Below are positions 59,601 to 64,000 of a DNA stretch of 64,000 nt, piece after piece. The notes beneath the pieces are model-generated. The model searched no databases. It worked only from the letters and a program-made list of their open reading frames with translations, and was not told the origin of the DNA. A program made the position numbers and the translations under genes. Numbering within the stretch: position 1 is the stretch's first letter; each line of letters begins with the position of its first letter. Location: assembly GCF_022539665.2 (NCBI RefSeq), contig NC_081331.1:3658001-3722000 (forward strand), written 5' to 3'. The stretch is from Daphnia carinata. Lineage: Eukaryota.

Positions 59601-62600
59601 CCTCCTAAATGTCTCCGTTCAGAAACCACATTGCTTATCATTTTTGTTTAAAAGAAACTGCATTATGATATAATGGTTTCTTGTACACAAAATTTACAAA
59701 ATGAGCACTTCTATTTGCATTGCGGATACGCACATACATTTACCGTAGTAACCAGTTCCGCATGTCCCACATGTTCACTCCAGGCGAGGCTTACTGCATT
59801 TTCCATCTGCCTTTTTATTTTCCGTTTTATATTCTACCCATTTTTTTGTCAGACATTATAGAGGTTCATATAAGAGAACGGATGATGGCATTTCGACGTA
59901 AAACCAATGTCATCGACCACCATGTTTTCTGCGAAGAAATACATTTATAGTTGCCAGCATAGGGGTTCAATCCTGAAATCCGGTTTCGTTGATGGAATTG
60001 CATTCCACAATTAATGGAGTGTTACGTGAGTTCTCACTGAAATTCCACTACGTCAGTAAAGAGTTATGATGTTTATGTTTACTTGTTCGTCTGTAAAGGA
60101 ATTACTATCCTCAATGCCAAAACATACAATTTTGCTAACTGATTTTCCGATAGCAGAGAAAGTGGCTGCACAAGAAAATGGTATAAAAAATTATTATACA
60201 ATCAACTATCGTTCGACATGTACGTACACACAAAGGAGGCAAAAAAAGAGATGGATAGAAAAAAAAAAATCCAGCGGTCTAGACTTCTGGCAATACACCT
60301 GTCATCTCTCAGCCATTGCCTCCATTACTCATCTGGTATATGTATAGAAGGAGGGTCGATTTACGGCTTGATTTCTTTTTCCTTTCTTTTGTTCCAACCT
60401 AAATTCCAGTCGGCCATCCGCCTGCGTCATACAATACAGATGATGGGTATTATATTGTACGTAGACACTGCCTCTGTATTATAGATGTTTCTTTATACAA
60501 TACGTATAGGCAGGGCGACAGTAGTTTTCTACTTTAGTTTTATTGTATAATAATTAATCAACGTGTGGTCCTTTTATGCCTCTTACATGTCTAGTCGGAA
60601 TGGAGTAGCTGGATGGCCTTTAAAGGTCACGAGAGTTAGATGATCTTTTGCAGGACAACTGATGAGATCATGTGAGGACCCTGCGGACTTGTACTGAAAA
60701 ATCGAATAACATAAAACAAAATTACATTTTTATAATTGACCTGTAGAATTTAAATTCAACATGATGGACCCTTTGTAATAACACGATGGCGCCTGCGTCC
60801 GTTTTGAATAGCAATTGTAATTCACAATTATTGTTGATATTACATCACCAAGGAAAAACAAGATGAAATGTTAGACAACATTTTGCCCATCAGCTTCTGG
60901 GTCGGACGGTTATTCTTTGATGTCAATCAACACGACGACCTCTTATTATTAACATGTTATGTGTTACACAAACATCCCTCAAAGGCTTTCTCTGTTGATT
61001 ATTATGCCCCATTGTCATTGGAAACACAATCAAAACGGCATAGAGATTAAATTTTGTGTCATTCAAAACGGCTGTATTTTTGCCCGTTCAACAATCTCTT
61101 ATGAAATTCACTTGATGTTTTAAAATAATGACAAAAGGCACTATGCATTTTTGGACGGCGCCGCGCCACTTGCGTAATTGCTCGACCAAACTTGTATATA
61201 AATCGGATTACATCACACAAAGAGGAGGAAAAGAAAAATACACGAACATAAAAGAATTACAACAAGAACATAAAAAGACGTATAATTTATGCGGCTCAAT
61301 TTTTGTTTTCTTTTCCCCGAAAGGTAATCTAATATTACCAGCTGAGTGGACTATATAGATAATCCCACAACCGTCTTTTTTTTTTTAATCCGAAGAAAAA
61401 TGACTGCGTTCTCATCTTATGTTTGATCATTGACTGCTACGCCGCTGGTTCCTCACATTTCCCCCAATCTTTTAAATCTACCGTCACGTTCCCAGTAAAA
61501 CGAAACCCAACCGGACAGCTTTGGAGAGCCCCATATACGATGAAAGTTTGCTTAGCAAAATTGTGTCTCGATGTAGGGATATCCAGGTGCTTGTATATAA
61601 TTAACACGCGTGAAAAAAGGAGCAGGTTGAAGTGGAGGTAACGTTAATCACGCGTCAGCCGTTCGTTCGGCGTACGGTGGACGTGAAACTGGAAAATGCA
61701 AAAAAATTCTCGCGTGAGAAATTCTGAAATAGAGGAAGACATGCTGTGAGATAGAAGATGAAACTAACTAACGAGCAAATTGACAATTTTCTAAACGACA
61801 ACGCGGTCACGTAACTGCGCAATATTCCTTTTTTGAAATTCACGAAGAAGGAGAATCACGATCCAAAGTGCCGATGACCAGCAGTTGAAAAGCAAAAATG
61901 TTCTGTATATAAAGCCAATCGCAGCATCCGTCAAGAAAGATAAAAAAAAAGATGAGATCTTGGGATGTGCATTAAATAATAAAAAGGAGGACGTGAGTGT
62001 AACACGGCCGATATAACCCCACTCTGATCGACTGACGCTATAGATCATCGAAAGATTTTATATCGATAGTCACGAATCGTGGGATTCTATACAGACAAGC
62101 TATATAACTGCATCAGTTCAAAGGTCGTCATCTTTCTTGGTCTATGAGGAAAACAAAAAACGGCTGGTCACGCGGACTCGCATGAATTTCGAAAGCGAAC
62201 CGAAGGTAACGAGGACACACCAGTTAATGATAATCATCTCTCAGAGGAACAACAATAGTAATAATCATAATAAGACAATGACGACGAAAATAATGTGAGA
62301 TGGCGTCATTGTTGAACAATAATTTAAATATATCATTATTTCGTGTGGGGAGGAGCTGATGCACATGGAATTATACGCCACAGATATGTATATACACATT
62401 TCGAATATTTAGATTATTCGTGGATACAGAAAATTTATATAGGTGACGCCTCGGGATATGACGCGTGATAGGAATATACAAGTCTATTTTCGAGATACAA
62501 AAAAGTTTGACAGGTGCATCACGGATGTGGGGTGTCTGTCTTATTTCTCCAGTGTTATAACGATGCCACTGCTGGGCTGCTGTTCTAACCAAAAAGGGCC

Positions 62601-64000
62601 GTTTGTGTACATGTCAGCTGCTAAATAACTAAAACACATTTTCCCCGACTTAATCTTTTGATCTCTTTATGTGTCTACGTGCCTGTTCTACGGAGAAGGT
62701 TTCGATATAAGAAGTTTTGTTTTTCTTATAAAGACATACAGAGCCAAGGTCGACATTAAAATTGGCAGACATCAAAGCCCTTCGTTATTATTACAGACGC
62801 CATTTTTGTTACGAACAAAAGGAGTTGAAATTCTTGTTGCGTTGGCGTCTCTACAAATTTTTCCAAACAAAGAATTGAATTCCAAATGCGTGTACTGTAC
62901 CAGCAACTGTAGACGTATTTTTTAAAAATGTAATATTGATATTTCCTTTGGCCGTCTATAAGCGCCAGAGATTGAATCCAAACGCTGCGTCATTGATGGA
63001 TCGCTGGCAATGCATTTGAAAATTGTCGCTTAAAATTTTCTGTTTTTTTTTTTAATAGAGATAAAACTTGTTCCAGGTGTGGATAGTTTGTTGCACTTGC
63101 GAGTAAAGAATATTCGGGACGTACACATTTGTCAAGCAAAAAAAAACATGAAACAGGTTCAGCTTTCTTTTTAACGGCTCTCTCTCAGTTCTGGCAAAAT
63201 CTAATCACTGCAGCCACCAACAAGTCCATGTGACTAAACAAGAAGAACATCCCATTTTCGTTTTTTTTTCAAAATGTTGTTTCTCCTGTTAACGACAGAG
63301 AAAGAGACGACGCTCGTATATTGTTCAATTATCCTACTTCGTCCATCAAAGGCCCTTGAATTCGCCCTGGAAACAATGAGGTGCCCTATAACGTAAAAGG
63401 CAAAGCTTCGAAACGAAGAATCCCGTGAGAAATAATAAAAGAAAAAGTTCTGTCTATTTTCCTAAACATAAAAAAAAGACGTGGTATCAGCAGCGGGCTA
63501 GCTATTGTGCACATACAGGTACAGGTTGGACAGGTTGTTGTTGTGGCCACACCACCTTAAGGCACTATATCTATTTAACTTGTATACACACCTACACGTT
63601 AACTGTCGCTATCGAAAAAGTATTGGGAAAAAAAAACCATCATATAACGGGCGAAGCACGATGTCGATGATGCTGGTGGAAATTTGTTTACCTGCAGAAT
63701 AAAGCGCGGGTCGAACAGCGACAGATTGCTGATTACACTTGTTGGCCAGTTTGATGGTCATGAGGAAGCAATCAAGATTTCACATTGTTCCCGTCGCCTC
63801 CCTCATATAAAAAGACACATTTTGCATAACTGTATTGGTTGGAAAAGATTAACATAACGGTACATACAGTATACATTCACTCGCAATCACAAGGCAAAAG
63901 GGTTTAAACATTTGTAAAAATATCAATCAGCTATCTGTGCTCCAAACTGCTGGATGAATGGCGTAAACGAAAAACGTCTTGAAACAAATTAATATTTTTT

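Noticed and set aside
57500..64000. Possible exons of a gene continuing beyond the window
   Set aside because: Only isolated splice-like motifs and short featureless ORFs; no supportable gene model.

Overview
AT-rich, intron-dense animal genomic DNA. Short 55-90 nt introns and the gene sequences suggest a branchiopod crustacean such as Daphnia (inference). Ordinary genes: cubitus interruptus/Gli (+, ~7.6-26.1 kb, two large 5' introns), kuzbanian/ADAM10 (+), COX4 (+), a GALNT11/pgant35A-type GalNAc-transferase (-), a short separase (-), gamma-glutamylcyclotransferase (+) and mitochondrial leucyl-tRNA synthetase (-). The region 35.7-44.9 kb is accessory. It holds an intronless orphan type II membrane-protein ORF, a near-perfect 5.8 kb palindrome (37142-42984; ~2.66 kb arms, 529 bp spacer), an older overlapping foldback built from modular subrepeats, and a broken USP4/15 pseudogene. 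Each palindrome arm carries an inward-pointing spliced coiled-coil gene and a GC-rich multi-hairpin module, and the spacer holds three outward-facing tRNA-like A/B-box units. The other notable point is that the separase appears to be a complete ~619 aa protease-only gene, like the split separase of Drosophila. 1-7.6 kb and 56.7-64 kb show no supportable coding sequence. All alignments were done by eye and family comparisons are from memory.
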